Assembly (NCBI GenBank): GCA_963837055.1 | Contig: CAWILU010000006.1 | Location: 192,389 to 256,388, forward strand | Direction of reading: 5' to 3' | Length of the DNA stretch: 64,000 nt | Source: an uncultured Acidobacteriota bacterium | GTDB taxonomy: Bacteria > Actinomycetota > Acidimicrobiia > Spongiisociales > ZC4RG35 | Shown here: piece by piece, positions 27,813 to 37,902 of the stretch | Layout of the letters: each line of letters begins with the position of its first letter | Numbering within the stretch: the stretch's first letter is position 1 | The notes under the pieces: generated by a model | What the model was told of the DNA's origin: nothing | Database searches by the model: none | Seen by the model: the letters and a program-made list of their open reading frames with translations, nothing else | Made by a program: the position numbers and the translations under genes

Positions 27813-29256
27813 CAGCGGCCAGATCGAGGAGTGACGACGGGAAGATCCCCCACAGAATCGTCGCCCCGACTGCCAGTGCCACCACCCAACGTTCCGGGCC
27901 CACTCGCAGCGCCTCCTCGTCCTGGGCGTCATCCATGTACATGACGACGATGACCCTGATGTAGAAGGCGAAGGCGATCACCGAGGCCAGGACAGCCACC
28001 AGCACCAGCCACTCGTAGCCCTCGGCCCAGGCGCCGGTGAACACACCGAATTTGGCCACGAACCCGGAGGTGAGGGGCAGACCACCCATCCCGAGAAGGA
28101 GGATCGTGAACGCACCGGCGAGGAGTGGGCTCCGCCGGCCGAGGCCTCGGTACTCGTCGATCTTCGACCCTGCCCCATCGGGCCCGCTCACCACCGACAC
28201 GACGGCGAACGCGCCGATCAGCTGGATCGTGTAGATGGCCAGATAGAAGAGAATCCCCTCCGTGGAGCCGCCGACAACGCCGGTCAGGATGAATCCGGCA
28301 TGGGCCACCCCCGAATAGGCAAGAAGGCGCCGGACGTCACTCTGGACCAGTGCCAGCACGGACCCGAGCAGCATCGACAACACCGAGATCGCCGCGACCA
28401 CCGGGAGCCAGGCCGAGTCGAGATCCGGGAGCGCGGTGAGGAGGATGCGGGCAATGGCGGCGAACCCGGCGACCTTGGCCACCGCCGCCATATACCCGAC
28501 CAGCCCCGCCGGCGCCCCCTGGTAGACGTCAGGGGCCCAGGTGTGAAATGGGGCCGCGGAGACCTTGAACCCGAGACCGGCAACCACGAGACCGAGCCCG
28601 ATGTAGATGATCGCCGGGCTGGAGACGATGAAATCCGCGAGAAGGGCTCGGATGGCAGTGATCTCGAACTCACCGGTCCCGGCGTAGATGAGGGCGACGC
28701 CATACACAAACACCGCCGAGGCGAAAGAGCCGAGCAGGAAGTACTTGATGGCCGCCTCTTCCGATTCACGCCGTTCCCGCGCCAGACCGGCCAGCACATA
28801 CAAGGAGATCGAGCCCACCTCGAGACCGAGGAACAACATGACGAGGTTATTGGAGGCGACCATCACCGAGAACCCGGCGGTGGCCAACATGACCAGGGCG
28901 ATGGCCTCGGCCCCGCGGCGCCCCAGACCGACGATAAATCGCCACCCCGCGGTCAGACCCAGAGCGGTGGCGACGATCAGGGCAAGCCGGGCGAACACTG
29001 CGAATCCGTCCATGGTGATCAGACCGGAGAAGGCGACCAGACTCGCTGTGTCCCCGGCGACGATTGCGTCGGAACCTTGCACCCACTGCAACACGGTCAG
29101 CCCGCCGGCGACGGCGAGGGTCGCGGCCGTCACCCAGCCGAGGACCCGCGCTGCCGGCTTCCATTGCACATCGACCAGCAGCACGAGGGCGGCGCCGATG
29201 GCTAAAGCGAGATCGGGGGCGATGGCGATCCAGGAGATCTCCGGCGGTGTGATCAT
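27796..29256 (-). CDS. nuoN: NADH-quinone oxidoreductase subunit N (operon 2)
   Basis: 486-aa antiporter-like protein (FKVSAAPFHTWAPDVYQGAP, LLAYSGVAHAGF). ATGA overlap with nuoM. Confidence 0.9.
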   Translation of the reverse strand: MITPPEISWIAIAPDLALAIGAALVLLVDVQWKPAARVLGWVTAATLAVAGGLTVLQWVQGSDAIVAGDTASLVAFSGLITMDGFAVFARLALIVATALGLTAGWRFIVGLGRRGAEAIALVMLATAGFSVMVASNNLVMLFLGLEVGSISLYVLAGLARERRESEEAAIKYFLLGSFASAVFVYGVALIYAGTGEFEITAIRALLADFIVSSPAIIYIGLGLVVAGLGFKVSAAPFHTWAPDVYQGAPAGLVGYMAAVAKVAGFAAIARILLTALPDLDSAWLPVVAAISVLSMLLGSVLALVQSDVRRLLAYSGVAHAGFILTGVVGGSTEGILFYLAIYTIQLIGAFAVVSVVSGPDGAGSKIDEYRGLGRRSPLLAGAFTILLLGMGGLPLTSGFVAKFGVFTGAWAEGYEWLVLVAVLASVIAFAFYIRVIVVMYMDDAQDEEALRVGPERWVVALAVGATILWGIFPSSLLDLAADALPI

Positions 29257-30782
29257 TCGCCGGCCTCCGCCACGTACACGTCGGCGAGGCGCCCCGGCTC
29301 AGGGACGACATGACCAGTCTCGGCGACGATGTTGTCGAGCACGGCCTCGGTCGAGGGCGTGATCTTGTCCAGGAGCAGGTTCGGATAGAGCCCGATGACC
29401 AGGATCAGAACCGCGATTGGGACGAGCAGAGCGATCTCACGGCCGGACAGATCGGACAACGTCGTGTTCTCCTCCTTGTCGGGGACACCGGTGAACACCC
29501 GCTGGTAGGCCCAGAGGAGGTAGATGGCGGCGAGCACGACACCAGATGCGGCGATGATCGTCAGGCTGGGCAGAGCCGGGAAGCTGCCGATGAGCACGAG
29601 GAACTCGCCGACAAAGCCGTTGAGCCCGGGCAAGCCAATGGAGGCAAACGTCATGAAGAGGAAGAAACCGGCGAGAAGCGGCACCGTCTTCTGAAGCCCG
29701 CCGAAGTCGGCGATCTTCTTGGTGTGCCTTCGGTCGTAGACCATCCCGACCAGGAGGAAGAGGGCGCCGGTGGTGAGACCGTGGTTGACATTCTGGATCA
29801 CCGCCCCTTGCAGCCCACCCGAGGTCAGGGCGAAGGTGCCGAGGACGATGAAGCCGAGGTGGCTCACCGACGAGTAGGCCACCAGTTTCTTCAGGTCGGG
29901 CTGGACGATGGCCACCACCGCCCCGTAGACGATCCCGATCACTGCCAGGATCGCCATGATCGGGATGGCGTCAACCGATGCATCGGGGAAGAGGGTGAGA
30001 TTGAACCGGAGCAGCCCGTAGGTCCCCAACTTCAGGAGGACGGCGGCGAGAAGGACCGACCCGGCCGTCGGCGCCTCGACATGGGCGTCGGGGAGCCAGG
30101 TGTGGAAGGGAAAGAGTGGGACCTTGATTGCGAACGCGATGGCGAAAGCGGCGAAGAACAGCCTCTCGCTGCCTACCGACAGGTCGAGATTGGCCAGGTC
30201 GGACAGTGCGAAAGACGGAGACCCCTCCTGGGTGGAGTAGGCGAGGGCGAGCCCGATGATCGCCGCCAGCATCAGCGCCGACCCGAAGGCGGTGTAGATG
30301 AAGAACTTGACAGCGGCGTAGATCCGGCGCTCGGCACCCCAGATCCCGATGATGAAGTACATGGGGATCAACATCGCCTCGAAGAAGACAAAGAAGAGGA
30401 ACAGATCCAGAGCGAGAAACGCCCCGATCAGACCGGCTTCGAGGAAGAGTGTGTAGACCACGAACTCCTTGGTCCGGGTGGTGATCGTGGTGGATGCGCC
30501 GAGGGCGATCGGCACGAGGAGCGTGGTGAGCGCCACCATCGGGAGTGAGATCCCGTCGACGCCGAGATTCCAGGCGATCCCCCAAGGCTCGTACCAGGGC
30601 ACATCGACGACGTATTGGAACCCGGCCGAAGGCTCGAAGACCCAGAAGAGATAGCCCGCCAGCGCCAGCGGCATCACCGAGAGAGCGATCCCGAGGGGGA
30701 GATGGATCTCTCTCCGTCGGGCCGGGATCAGCATCACGATGATCGCCGCGGCCACCGGAAGGAGCACGAGAGCGGTCAGCAT
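29253..30782 (-). CDS. nuoM: NADH-quinone oxidoreductase subunit M (operon 2)
   Basis: 509 aa (LGVDGISLPMVALTTLL, KVPLFPFHTWLPDAHVEAPTAGSVLLA, LVAYSSVSHLGF). Confidence 0.9.
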   Translation of the reverse strand: MLTALVLLPVAAAIIVMLIPARRREIHLPLGIALSVMPLALAGYLFWVFEPSAGFQYVVDVPWYEPWGIAWNLGVDGISLPMVALTTLLVPIALGASTTITTRTKEFVVYTLFLEAGLIGAFLALDLFLFFVFFEAMLIPMYFIIGIWGAERRIYAAVKFFIYTAFGSALMLAAIIGLALAYSTQEGSPSFALSDLANLDLSVGSERLFFAAFAIAFAIKVPLFPFHTWLPDAHVEAPTAGSVLLAAVLLKLGTYGLLRFNLTLFPDASVDAIPIMAILAVIGIVYGAVVAIVQPDLKKLVAYSSVSHLGFIVLGTFALTSGGLQGAVIQNVNHGLTTGALFLLVGMVYDRRHTKKIADFGGLQKTVPLLAGFFLFMTFASIGLPGLNGFVGEFLVLIGSFPALPSLTIIAASGVVLAAIYLLWAYQRVFTGVPDKEENTTLSDLSGREIALLVPIAVLILVIGLYPNLLLDKITPSTEAVLDNIVAETGHVVPEPGRLADVYVAEAGE

Positions 30783-30807
30783 GTGGCCCCCCTCGGAGGC
30801 CGGTTGC

Positions 30808-30862
30808 GAGTTCTGAGTTCTGAGTTCTGAGACTCAAAACCCAAGACCCACCACCCAAGACC
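30808..30862. repeat. Short-repeat block in the nuoL-nuoM spacer
   Basis: The 7-bp tandem GAGTTCT occurs 3 times plus a degenerate GAGACTC (30808..30835). The direct repeat CCCAAGACC follows twice (30840.., 30854..). The block shares CGAGTTCTG and CACCACCCAAGAC with 62059..62119. Confidence 0.7.
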
Positions 30863-30892
30863 GGAGTTGATGATGCGAGCCTCATCAACTCC
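30863..30892 (-). other. Perfect 11-bp hairpin spanning the nuoL stop codon
   Basis: ggagttgatga-tgcgagcc-tcatcaactcc. The stop TGA lies at 30887..30885, inside the 3' arm. Confidence 0.6.
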
Positions 30893-32768
30893 CAGCCACC
30901 AGCCACACCACTACGACCAGGGCGCCGGCCAGGAAGAGCACGCCGTAATTGCGGACGAACCCGGTCTGGAGAGGCCGGGCCCAGTCGCCGGCCCCACGCA
31001 CCACCCGGCCCACCCCATTGACCGCCCCGTCGACCACCCCGGCGTCGACCGCGAAGGCGGTCGCCTCGGCCAGGCGACGCCCCGGGGCTACCAGAGCCCG
31101 GCCATATAGATCGTCCACCCCGTACGCCTGCTCCCAGGTCCCCCACAGCGGCTCGAAAGACTCCTCGAATTGACGCCACCGCACCGGAGGGCGTCGGTAG
31201 GCGAGATACCCGAAAGCGGCTCCGGCCCCCGCGGCCAGGATGGACAGCCCGGCTAGCACGCCGAGGGTCAACCAGTCGGTTGGTGCCTCCTGAATGTGAA
31301 CCCCTTCGAAGCTGGGCTCGAGAAAATGCTCGAGGGAGAGTCGGAACGGGGTGTTGACCAAACCCCCGACGATGGACAGAACCGCCAGTGCGATGAGGGG
31401 CAAGGTCATCACCCGAGGCGACTCGTGGGGATGGGCGTCCTCCTCCCAGCGAGGCTCCCCGAGGAAGACCAGCACCCACAGCCTGGCGATGTAGAAAGCG
31501 GTGAGCAGAGCGGTGACCAGCCCGATCACCCAGAGGACGTAGAACCAGCCTCCCCTGGCGAATTCGGCGCCCAAGATCTCGTCCTTGGACCAGAACCCGG
31601 CGAGAGGCGGGATCCCGGCCAGGGCCAGCGCCCCGACTGCCATGGTGATCGCGGTCACCGGCATCTTGCGGAACAGCCCCCCCATCCGGTGCATGTCCTG
31701 CTCGTCGCTCATGGCATGGATGACCGAGCCGGCGCCGAGGAAGAGAAGAGCCTTGAAGAAAGCGTGGGTCATGAGATGGAACACCCCGGCGACGTAGGCG
31801 GTGGCGCCGACGGCCATGAACATGAACCCGAGCTGGGAGATGGTCGAGTAGGCGAGCACCTTCTTGATATCACGCTGGGCGAGGGCGATCGAGGCCGCCC
31901 AGATCGCGGTGAGAGCCCCGACCGATGCGACCACGGTCGAGGCGAACGGAGTGAACTCGTAGATGGGAGCGGAGCGGGCGATGACGTACACCCCGGCGGT
32001 CACCATCGTGGCGGCATGGATCAGGGCAGAGACCGGGGTGGGGCCTTCCATGGCGTCGGGCAGCCACACGTAGAGCGGGATCTGTGCCGATTTCCCCGCC
32101 GCTCCCACCAGGAAGAGCAGCCCGATGGCGGTCGCCAGCCCACTGGTCAGCTCTTCGCCGGCACGCTCGAAGATCCCGCTGAACGAGAGGGTCCCGAAGG
32201 TGGCGAACACCAGCATCAAGCCGATCATGAACCCGAGATCCCCGATCCGGTTCACCACGAACGCCTTCTTGGCGGCTCCGGCCGCGCTCGGCCGGGTGTA
32301 CCAGAACCCGATCAACAGATACGAGCAGAGCCCGACCAGCTCCCAGCCAAGGAACAACATTGCGTAGTTGCCCGCAAGGACCAGGGTGAGCATCGATGCG
32401 GCAAAGAGGTTGAGATTGGTGAAGAAGCGGTGAAACCGCTCGTCGCCGTGCATGTAGCCGATTGCAAACACGTGGATGAGGGCTCCGACACCGGTCACCA
32501 CCAGCACCATCAGGGCGGCAAGAGGGTCCCAGAGCAATTCGAAGCTCGCCCCGATCGCCGGCATCCACTCCCAGAGGGCGATGGTGATTGGCTCGGCCCC
32601 TCCCTGGAAGAAGGGGAGCGCCGCGATGGCCGCGATGACGAACGCCCCGCCGATGGCAGCCGCAGCCAGCCAGCCGCTGAACGGCTCTTTGATGTACCGG
32701 CCGAAGAAGTGAAGGAACACCGCCCCGGCCAGAGGCAGCGCGATCACCAACCAGATCAACTCACTCAC
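30885..32768 (-). CDS. nuoL: NADH-quinone oxidoreductase subunit L (operon 2)
   Basis: Start GTG 32768 forms GTGA with the nuoK stop ([15 protein letters not shown]). Motifs [46 protein letters not shown]. Confidence 0.9.
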   Translation of the reverse strand: MSELIWLVIALPLAGAVFLHFFGRYIKEPFSGWLAAAAIGGAFVIAAIAALPFFQGGAEPITIALWEWMPAIGASFELLWDPLAALMVLVVTGVGALIHVFAIGYMHGDERFHRFFTNLNLFAASMLTLVLAGNYAMLFLGWELVGLCSYLLIGFWYTRPSAAGAAKKAFVVNRIGDLGFMIGLMLVFATFGTLSFSGIFERAGEELTSGLATAIGLLFLVGAAGKSAQIPLYVWLPDAMEGPTPVSALIHAATMVTAGVYVIARSAPIYEFTPFASTVVASVGALTAIWAASIALAQRDIKKVLAYSTISQLGFMFMAVGATAYVAGVFHLMTHAFFKALLFLGAGSVIHAMSDEQDMHRMGGLFRKMPVTAITMAVGALALAGIPPLAGFWSKDEILGAEFARGGWFYVLWVIGLVTALLTAFYIARLWVLVFLGEPRWEEDAHPHESPRVMTLPLIALAVLSIVGGLVNTPFRLSLEHFLEPSFEGVHIQEAPTDWLTLGVLAGLSILAAGAGAAFGYLAYRRPPVRWRQFEESFEPLWGTWEQAYGVDDLYGRALVAPGRRLAEATAFAVDAGVVDGAVNGVGRVVRGAGDWARPLQTGFVRNYGVLFLAGALVVVVWLVAGS

Positions 32769-33067
32769 CCGCGCAGCTCCGAGAGCTCGTCCACCGAGGC
32801 GGTGGCCCGTCGTCGGAAGATGGCGACGATGATGGCGAGACCCACCACCACCTCGGCAGCAGCCACCACCAGGATGAAGAACACCGCCACCTGCCCGTTG
32901 AGATCGTTCATGGCCCGACCCGCCGAGATCAGGGTGAGATTGACCGCGTTGAGCATCAGCTCGATGCACATGAACATGACGAGGGCGTTGCGACGGAGGA
33001 GGATGCCGAGAGCGCCGATCAGGAACAGTGCCGCAGCCAGGGCCATGTACCAACCAACTGGGACCAT
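32765..33067 (-). CDS. nuoK: NADH-quinone oxidoreductase subunit K (operon 2)
   Basis: 100 aa: [18 protein letters not shown]...[14 protein letters not shown]...[13 protein letters not shown]. Confidence 0.9.
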   Translation of the reverse strand: MVPVGWYMALAAALFLIGALGILLRRNALVMFMCIELMLNAVNLTLISAGRAMNDLNGQVAVFFILVVAAAEVVVGLAIIVAIFRRRATASVDELSELRG

Positions 33068-33597
33068 CACGCCCGCTTTCGCTTGAACTGGGCGAGGACG
33101 ATGGCGCCGGCGGCGGCAATGGTGAGGAGCAGGGCGGTGGCCTCGAAGGCGAGCACCCAGTCGGTGAACAGCGGTTCGGCGATCGCCTGGATGGTTCCGT
33201 TGGTGGCTTCCTGATCCACTGTGCTCGCCGCGGCCGGGACCCAGGTGAAGTCCCCGAACAGGGCGACTCCGGCCGCGAACAGGATCACCACACCGGCGAT
33301 GGCGCCGACCCACACCCGTTGCATCGGCAGCGGCTCTTCCCGGGTCTCTTCCTTGTCCACCCCGATCAGCATGATCACGAACAGGAACAGCGTCATCACG
33401 GCGCCTGCGTATACGATCACCTGAACCGCGGCGACCAGATGGGCGAGCTGGACGACATAGAGGATTGCGACGGAGAAGAGAGTCCCGAGAAGGCCCACGG
33501 CCGAGTAGATCGGGTTCCTCGCCACCACCACCGTCACCGCCCCGGCCAGGGCGGCGATGGCCGCGATCGCGAAGAGGATCGTCTCAATCATCGGCAT
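33067..33597 (-). CDS. nuoJ: NADH-quinone oxidoreductase subunit J (operon 2)
   Basis: [34 protein letters not shown]... is NuoJ-like. Start is ATG 33597 or 33591. Confidence 0.85.
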   Translation of the reverse strand: MPMIETILFAIAAIAALAGAVTVVVARNPIYSAVGLLGTLFSVAILYVVQLAHLVAAVQVIVYAGAVMTLFLFVIMLIGVDKEETREEPLPMQRVWVGAIAGVVILFAAGVALFGDFTWVPAAASTVDQEATNGTIQAIAEPLFTDWVLAFEATALLLTIAAAGAIVLAQFKRKRA

Positions 33598-34240
33598 CCC
33601 CGTCGCCGGCCCTTCGGTCTCGCTCCTCCTGGGATGGCTCCGGGGACCAGTCGCCTGGACCTGGAGTCCCCTGCCACATCTTGACGCCTTCGTAGGCGGC
33701 GACACCTGCGGGGGCCGTCGCCCGCATCCAGCCGTCGGCCGTGTCGAGCTCGTCGAGGTCGGCTAGCTCGTCGTCAGGGAACATGTGAGGGACCGACCCC
33801 CGCGAGTCCATCAGGAGAGTCTCTTTGGTGTAGATCGCGTCGTCACGGTTAGTCGTGGAGAATTCGAAGAGGCTCGTCATCGTGATTGCTTCGGTGGGGC
33901 AGGCCTCGACGCAGAGCCCACAGAAGATGCAGCGGAGCATGTTGATCTCGTAGACGTATCCGAATCTCTCCCCGGGGGAAGTCGGGTTCTCCGGGTCGTT
34001 GTCCTTCCCTCTCACGTAGATGCATTGGGCGGGGCAGGCTCCGGCGCAGAGCTGGCAACCGATGCACTTCTCCATCCCGTCTGGGTATCGGTTGAGGACA
34101 TGGCGGCCGTGGAACCGCTGGGGCTTGACCCTCATCTCGTGCGGGTATTCGGTGGTGACCAGCTCGTCTCCGGCGATGGTTCGGACCATCGTCCCCCCGG
34201 TGACGCGGAGACCCTTGATCAGCTCCTTGATGAGACCCAT
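33584..34240 (-). CDS. nuoI: NADH-quinone oxidoreductase subunit I (operon 2), with acidic C-terminal extension
   Basis: CIGCQLCAGACP and CIFCGLCVEACP. Start ATG 34240 overlaps the nuoH stop. The rest of the 559-aa track ORF is an out-of-frame reading of nuoH. Confidence 0.9.
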   Translation of the reverse strand: MGLIKELIKGLRVTGGTMVRTIAGDELVTTEYPHEMRVKPQRFHGRHVLNRYPDGMEKCIGCQLCAGACPAQCIYVRGKDNDPENPTSPGERFGYVYEINMLRCIFCGLCVEACPTEAITMTSLFEFSTTNRDDAIYTKETLLMDSRGSVPHMFPDDELADLDELDTADGWMRATAPAGVAAYEGVKMWQGTPGPGDWSPEPSQEERDRRAGDGDADD

Positions 34241-35346
34241 CACTGACTCCAGGGCGCGCCGAATTGGCGGAACGATATGACGAAAGCGGAGAGGACCAGC
34301 CAGGCCAGGGCGCCCGGGATCAGCCGCTTCCAGCCGAGCTGCATGAGCTGGTCGTAGCGGAGCCGGGGCAGGGTGGCCCTGATCCAGAAGAAGAGGAAGA
34401 TCAGGAAATAGGTCTTGGCCAGGAACCACACGGTGGGCAGGATCCCCGAGACGATCGCGGGGACCGATCCCTCGAACGTTGGCCCGTTCCAGCCGCCCAG
34501 GAACAAGGAGGCGGCGATGGCGCACATCGAGAAGATGTTCACGTATTCGGCGAGGAAGAACATGGCGAACCTCATCCCCGAGTACTCGGTGTGAAAGCCA
34601 ACGATCTCCTGCTCTGCCTCGACCAGGTCGAAGGGGGCGCGATTGGTCTCGGCGACGATGGCGATGAAGAAGATGATGAAGGCCACGATCTGGGGGAACA
34701 CGTTCCAGCGCGGGATGAATCGCAACACCGGCTCGAGGGCCGGGATGATGTCGCCCCAGGTCCCGGACTGACGTTCGACGATCTCGGCCAACGACAAGGT
34801 GCCCCCGTCTCCCTGGGTGGCGGTGAACATGACCACTGCCACCATGGCCAGCCCCATGGCCGCCTCGTAGGAGATCGCCTGGGCCGTCGCCCGCACCCCG
34901 CCGAGGAGTGGGTACTTGGACCCCGATGCCCATCCCGCCAGCACCACCGAATACACAGCCAGCGACGACATGGCGAGGATGAAGAGCAGCCCGATGTTGA
35001 GGTCGGCGCCCTGCAAGGTCACCTCGTTGCCCCCGATGGTGAACGGCTTGCCCCAGGGGACCATCATGAAGATGAGGAAGGCTGGGACCACTGCCAGGAA
35101 CGGCGCCAGCAAGTACATCCCCAGCTCCACCTTGCGTGGGGTGACTGCCTCTTTGAAGAACAGCTTTAGGCCATCTGCGACGGTCTGCAGGATGCCCCAC
35201 GGCCCGGCCCGCTTGGGGCCGATCCGGTTCTGCATGTCGGCCAGAATCTTTCGCTCTGCCCACACGTTGATCAATGTGGCCACCAACAAGAGAGCGAAGG
35301 TGACGATCACCCGAAGGACGACGATCCAGAACTCGGGCCAGGTCAT
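34240..35346 (-). CDS. nuoH: NADH-quinone oxidoreductase subunit H (operon 2)
   Basis: AERKILADMQNRIGP, GWASGSKYPLLGGVRATAQ, EAEQEIVGFHTEYSG. Confidence 0.9.
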   Translation of the reverse strand: MTWPEFWIVVLRVIVTFALLLVATLINVWAERKILADMQNRIGPKRAGPWGILQTVADGLKLFFKEAVTPRKVELGMYLLAPFLAVVPAFLIFMMVPWGKPFTIGGNEVTLQGADLNIGLLFILAMSSLAVYSVVLAGWASGSKYPLLGGVRATAQAISYEAAMGLAMVAVVMFTATQGDGGTLSLAEIVERQSGTWGDIIPALEPVLRFIPRWNVFPQIVAFIIFFIAIVAETNRAPFDLVEAEQEIVGFHTEYSGMRFAMFFLAEYVNIFSMCAIAASLFLGGWNGPTFEGSVPAIVSGILPTVWFLAKTYFLIFLFFWIRATLPRLRYDQLMQLGWKRLIPGALAWLVLSAFVISFRQFGAPWSQ

Positions 35347-37781
35347 TTGCCCACCGCGGTCACCCGAACCACGGCCTCGGTGCCCAATGAGCTCGCGCCG
35401 GGTTGGTTGAACGGCACGAATACGACCCCTGGGGGTGTCCCCGCGTCGAGGACTGCGGCGAACTTCCCCTCACCGTGTTTGGTCACCACCTTTACCGCAT
35501 ATCCCTCCTGGGCACCGGCCTTTTTGGCATCCTCCGGATTGAGATGGGCCACCGCCGTTGAGGCAAGTTGGTGCAGGAACGGGCTGTGCCGCATCATGAC
35601 GCCATCGTCATACAGGGTCCTGGCGACGTGCAGGATCAGCGGGGCGGATGGCGCCTTGTCCCCCTTCAGGGCCACGGGGATGTGGCGGAGTGGCTGCGTG
35701 CCCGACATCGGCACGACTGCGCCGTCACGTGCCTCCCAGTCGAGCAGATCCCAGGTGACGCCGACGTAGGCGGGGGCAACCTCGGAGATCTCCTTGGCGA
35801 TCGACTCCGCCGACGCCAAGCCAATCGGGCGACCTGCGCGCTCGGCCAGGTCGGTGAGTATCTCCCAATCGGAACGGGCCTGTCCCGGTGCCGGTGCGAT
35901 CACGTTCACCTTCTGGACACGGCCTTCGAGGTTGGTGACCGTGCCCTCTTTCTCGGCGAACCCGGCGGCAGGGAGGATCATGTCGGCGTCACGGTTGGAG
36001 TCGTTGACGAACAAGTCGATGGAGACCGTGTACTCCGCCGATTCCAGGCCGAGCACCGCCTGTCTCGGGTCGGGCAAATCCCGGATCGGATCGGCGCCCA
36101 CCAAGAGGAGGAATCGGACCTCACCCGAGTCGAGCCCTTCGAGCATGGTCCTGGTGTCCTTGCCCCTCATGGTCGGGATCTCACCCCACGATTCGGCCAG
36201 TGTGGTTCGCGCCCCATCGTCATCAGCGACCCGGCCAGGCAGGAGGTCCGGTGCGAGCCCCATGTCGAGAGCGCCGAAGATGTTGCCCCGCCGGCCGAGG
36301 GGCAGGATCCTCGCCGAGCCCGACTTGTTGCGAACGTGGGCTGCCACCGACTCGGCCAGCTTGGGGCCATCGGCGAAAGATGCCTGTCCGACCAGGGCAA
36401 CCACCCTGTCCGCGCTCAGCGCCTGCTTCACCTCGGGGTGCTTGCCATCGGCGATCTCGTCGAGGAGAGCGAAGCCACCGCCGGGCCGATAGTCGAGTTT
36501 GATCGTCGCCCGATCGTCGAGCCCGGTCGCACGCGGGTGGACCACGACCAGCTTGACCCCGAGCTCCTGTGCCGCCCGACGCACGCGGAGATAGAGGGTG
36601 GGATGCTCTTCTTTGAGATCGGGCCCCCAGATCAGGATCGTGTCGGCGGTGTCGAGATCGGAGATCAGGGCTCGGTCAGCCGTGGCCGCGAGAAAGTGCG
36701 AGGCGAGGGCGTCGTCGAGACGGGCGTCGACGTTGTTGGTGCCGAGCACCACCCGGGCGAACTTGGACAAGGCGTACGCATCCTCGTTGGTCCCATGGGC
36801 CCCGCCGATGACAGCGAAGGCACCACCGCCGTCCTCGTCCCGGATCAACCCGATCCTCTCCGCCACCCGGTCGAGTGCCTCCGCCCACGACGTCTCCACC
36901 AGCTCGCCATCCTTGCGGACGAGTGGCATGGAGAGCCGTTCCTCTGACGTCAGGTATTGGAACCCGAACCGGTCCTTGTCGGAGAGCCAGCCGTGATTGG
37001 TGGCGTCGTTGTCCACCCCAACCAGACGGAGGATCTCGTTTTGGCTGACATGCACCGAGAGGCGAGGGTGTGCGGTGTCGTGGAGACCGGAGCTCTCCAC
37101 CATCCGCAGGTCCCAAGGACGAGCCCGGAACCGGTATTGGGCCGAAGTGAGGGCGCCGACTGGGCAGAGCTGGATGGTGTTCCCCGAGAAATAGGAGGAA
37201 AAGGGAAGGTCGGGGAAGGTGTTGACCTCGGTGACGTTTGCCCGCGACTTGAACTCGATCAGAGGGTCACCGCTGATCTCGTCGGAGAACCGGGTGCATC
37301 GGGCGCAGAGGATGCAGCGCTCCCGGTCGAGGAGGACCAGGCTGGAGATGGCGATCGGCTTCTCGTAATTGCGCTTGATCTCGACGAACCGGCTCTCCCC
37401 CGGGCCATGGGAAAAAGCCTGGTCCTGGAGCGGGCACTCCCCGCCCTTGTCGCACACCGGGCAGTCGAGCGGGTGGTTGGCGAGGAGGAATTCGAGCACG
37501 CCCTCCTGGGCCTTCTTCACGGTGTCGTTCCGGGTGTCGACCACCATCCCTTCGGCGACGTTGTTGGTGCAGGCCGTGACCAGCATCGGTCCCCGCGGCC
37601 CCTGCACCTCGACAAGGCACATCCGGCACATGCCCACCGGGCTCATCCGCTCGTGCCAGCAGAACCTCGGTATGTAGGTGCCGTTGTCCTGGGCGGCCTC
37701 GATCAACAACGATCCCGCCGCGACCTGATGGGAGACACCATCGATGGTGACGTTGACGCGCTCGGGCGGAGTTTCACTCAT
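35343..37781 (-). CDS. nuoG: NADH-quinone oxidoreductase subunit G (operon 2)
   Basis: 812 aa. N-terminal 2Fe-2S and 4Fe-4S motifs (CWHERMSPVGMCRMCLVEV, HPLDCPVCDKGGECPLQD, CILCARCTRF), then a molybdopterin-like domain. Confidence 0.9.
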   Translation of the reverse strand: MSETPPERVNVTIDGVSHQVAAGSLLIEAAQDNGTYIPRFCWHERMSPVGMCRMCLVEVQGPRGPMLVTACTNNVAEGMVVDTRNDTVKKAQEGVLEFLLANHPLDCPVCDKGGECPLQDQAFSHGPGESRFVEIKRNYEKPIAISSLVLLDRERCILCARCTRFSDEISGDPLIEFKSRANVTEVNTFPDLPFSSYFSGNTIQLCPVGALTSAQYRFRARPWDLRMVESSGLHDTAHPRLSVHVSQNEILRLVGVDNDATNHGWLSDKDRFGFQYLTSEERLSMPLVRKDGELVETSWAEALDRVAERIGLIRDEDGGGAFAVIGGAHGTNEDAYALSKFARVVLGTNNVDARLDDALASHFLAATADRALISDLDTADTILIWGPDLKEEHPTLYLRVRRAAQELGVKLVVVHPRATGLDDRATIKLDYRPGGGFALLDEIADGKHPEVKQALSADRVVALVGQASFADGPKLAESVAAHVRNKSGSARILPLGRRGNIFGALDMGLAPDLLPGRVADDDGARTTLAESWGEIPTMRGKDTRTMLEGLDSGEVRFLLLVGADPIRDLPDPRQAVLGLESAEYTVSIDLFVNDSNRDADMILPAAGFAEKEGTVTNLEGRVQKVNVIAPAPGQARSDWEILTDLAERAGRPIGLASAESIAKEISEVAPAYVGVTWDLLDWEARDGAVVPMSGTQPLRHIPVALKGDKAPSAPLILHVARTLYDDGVMMRHSPFLHQLASTAVAHLNPEDAKKAGAQEGYAVKVVTKHGEGKFAAVLDAGTPPGVVFVPFNQPGASSLGTEAVVRVTAVGK

Positions 37782-37799
37782 TCGCGATTTCCAATCACC

Positions 37800-37819
37800 T
37801 CTGGGGGGCGACCCCCAGA
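37800..37819 (-). other. 8-bp GC hairpin in the 121-nt nuoF-nuoG spacer
   Basis: tctggggg-gcga-cccccaga. Confidence 0.4.
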
Positions 37820-37902
37820 CCCCCGCTCGCCTTGCAGGCAGCCTGCCAAATCATCTCGGCGATCTCTTGCACAGGTCACCTCGACAGATATTCGCGTCGG
37901 GC

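Noticed and set aside
30808-30862. A CRISPR-like array, considered because of the short direct repeats.
   Set aside because: The units are 7-9 bp and contiguous or nearly so. There are no spacers of CRISPR length and no cas genes in the window.
28300-33086. Large plus-strand ORFs across nuoN/M/L of operon 2 (28300..29205, 29310..30548, 31296..33086). The 502-aa minus-strand out-of-frame ORF 29971..31479 falls in the same region.
   Set aside because: They are antisense or out-of-frame shadows of well-supported genes, with extreme Arg/Gly/Asp/His composition and no recognisable domains.
33584-35263. A 559-aa minus-strand ORF that looks like a giant NuoI.
   Set aside because: Only the last 218 aa (from ATG 34240) are NuoI. 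The upstream 340 aa are an out-of-frame reading through nuoH (Arg/Pro/Gly-rich, no motifs). The same reasoning trimmed other track ORFs: 30885..33119, 32765..33313, 37903..39381, 41231..41956, 41767..42378, 53662..54624, 24146..26686 and 59556..60980.
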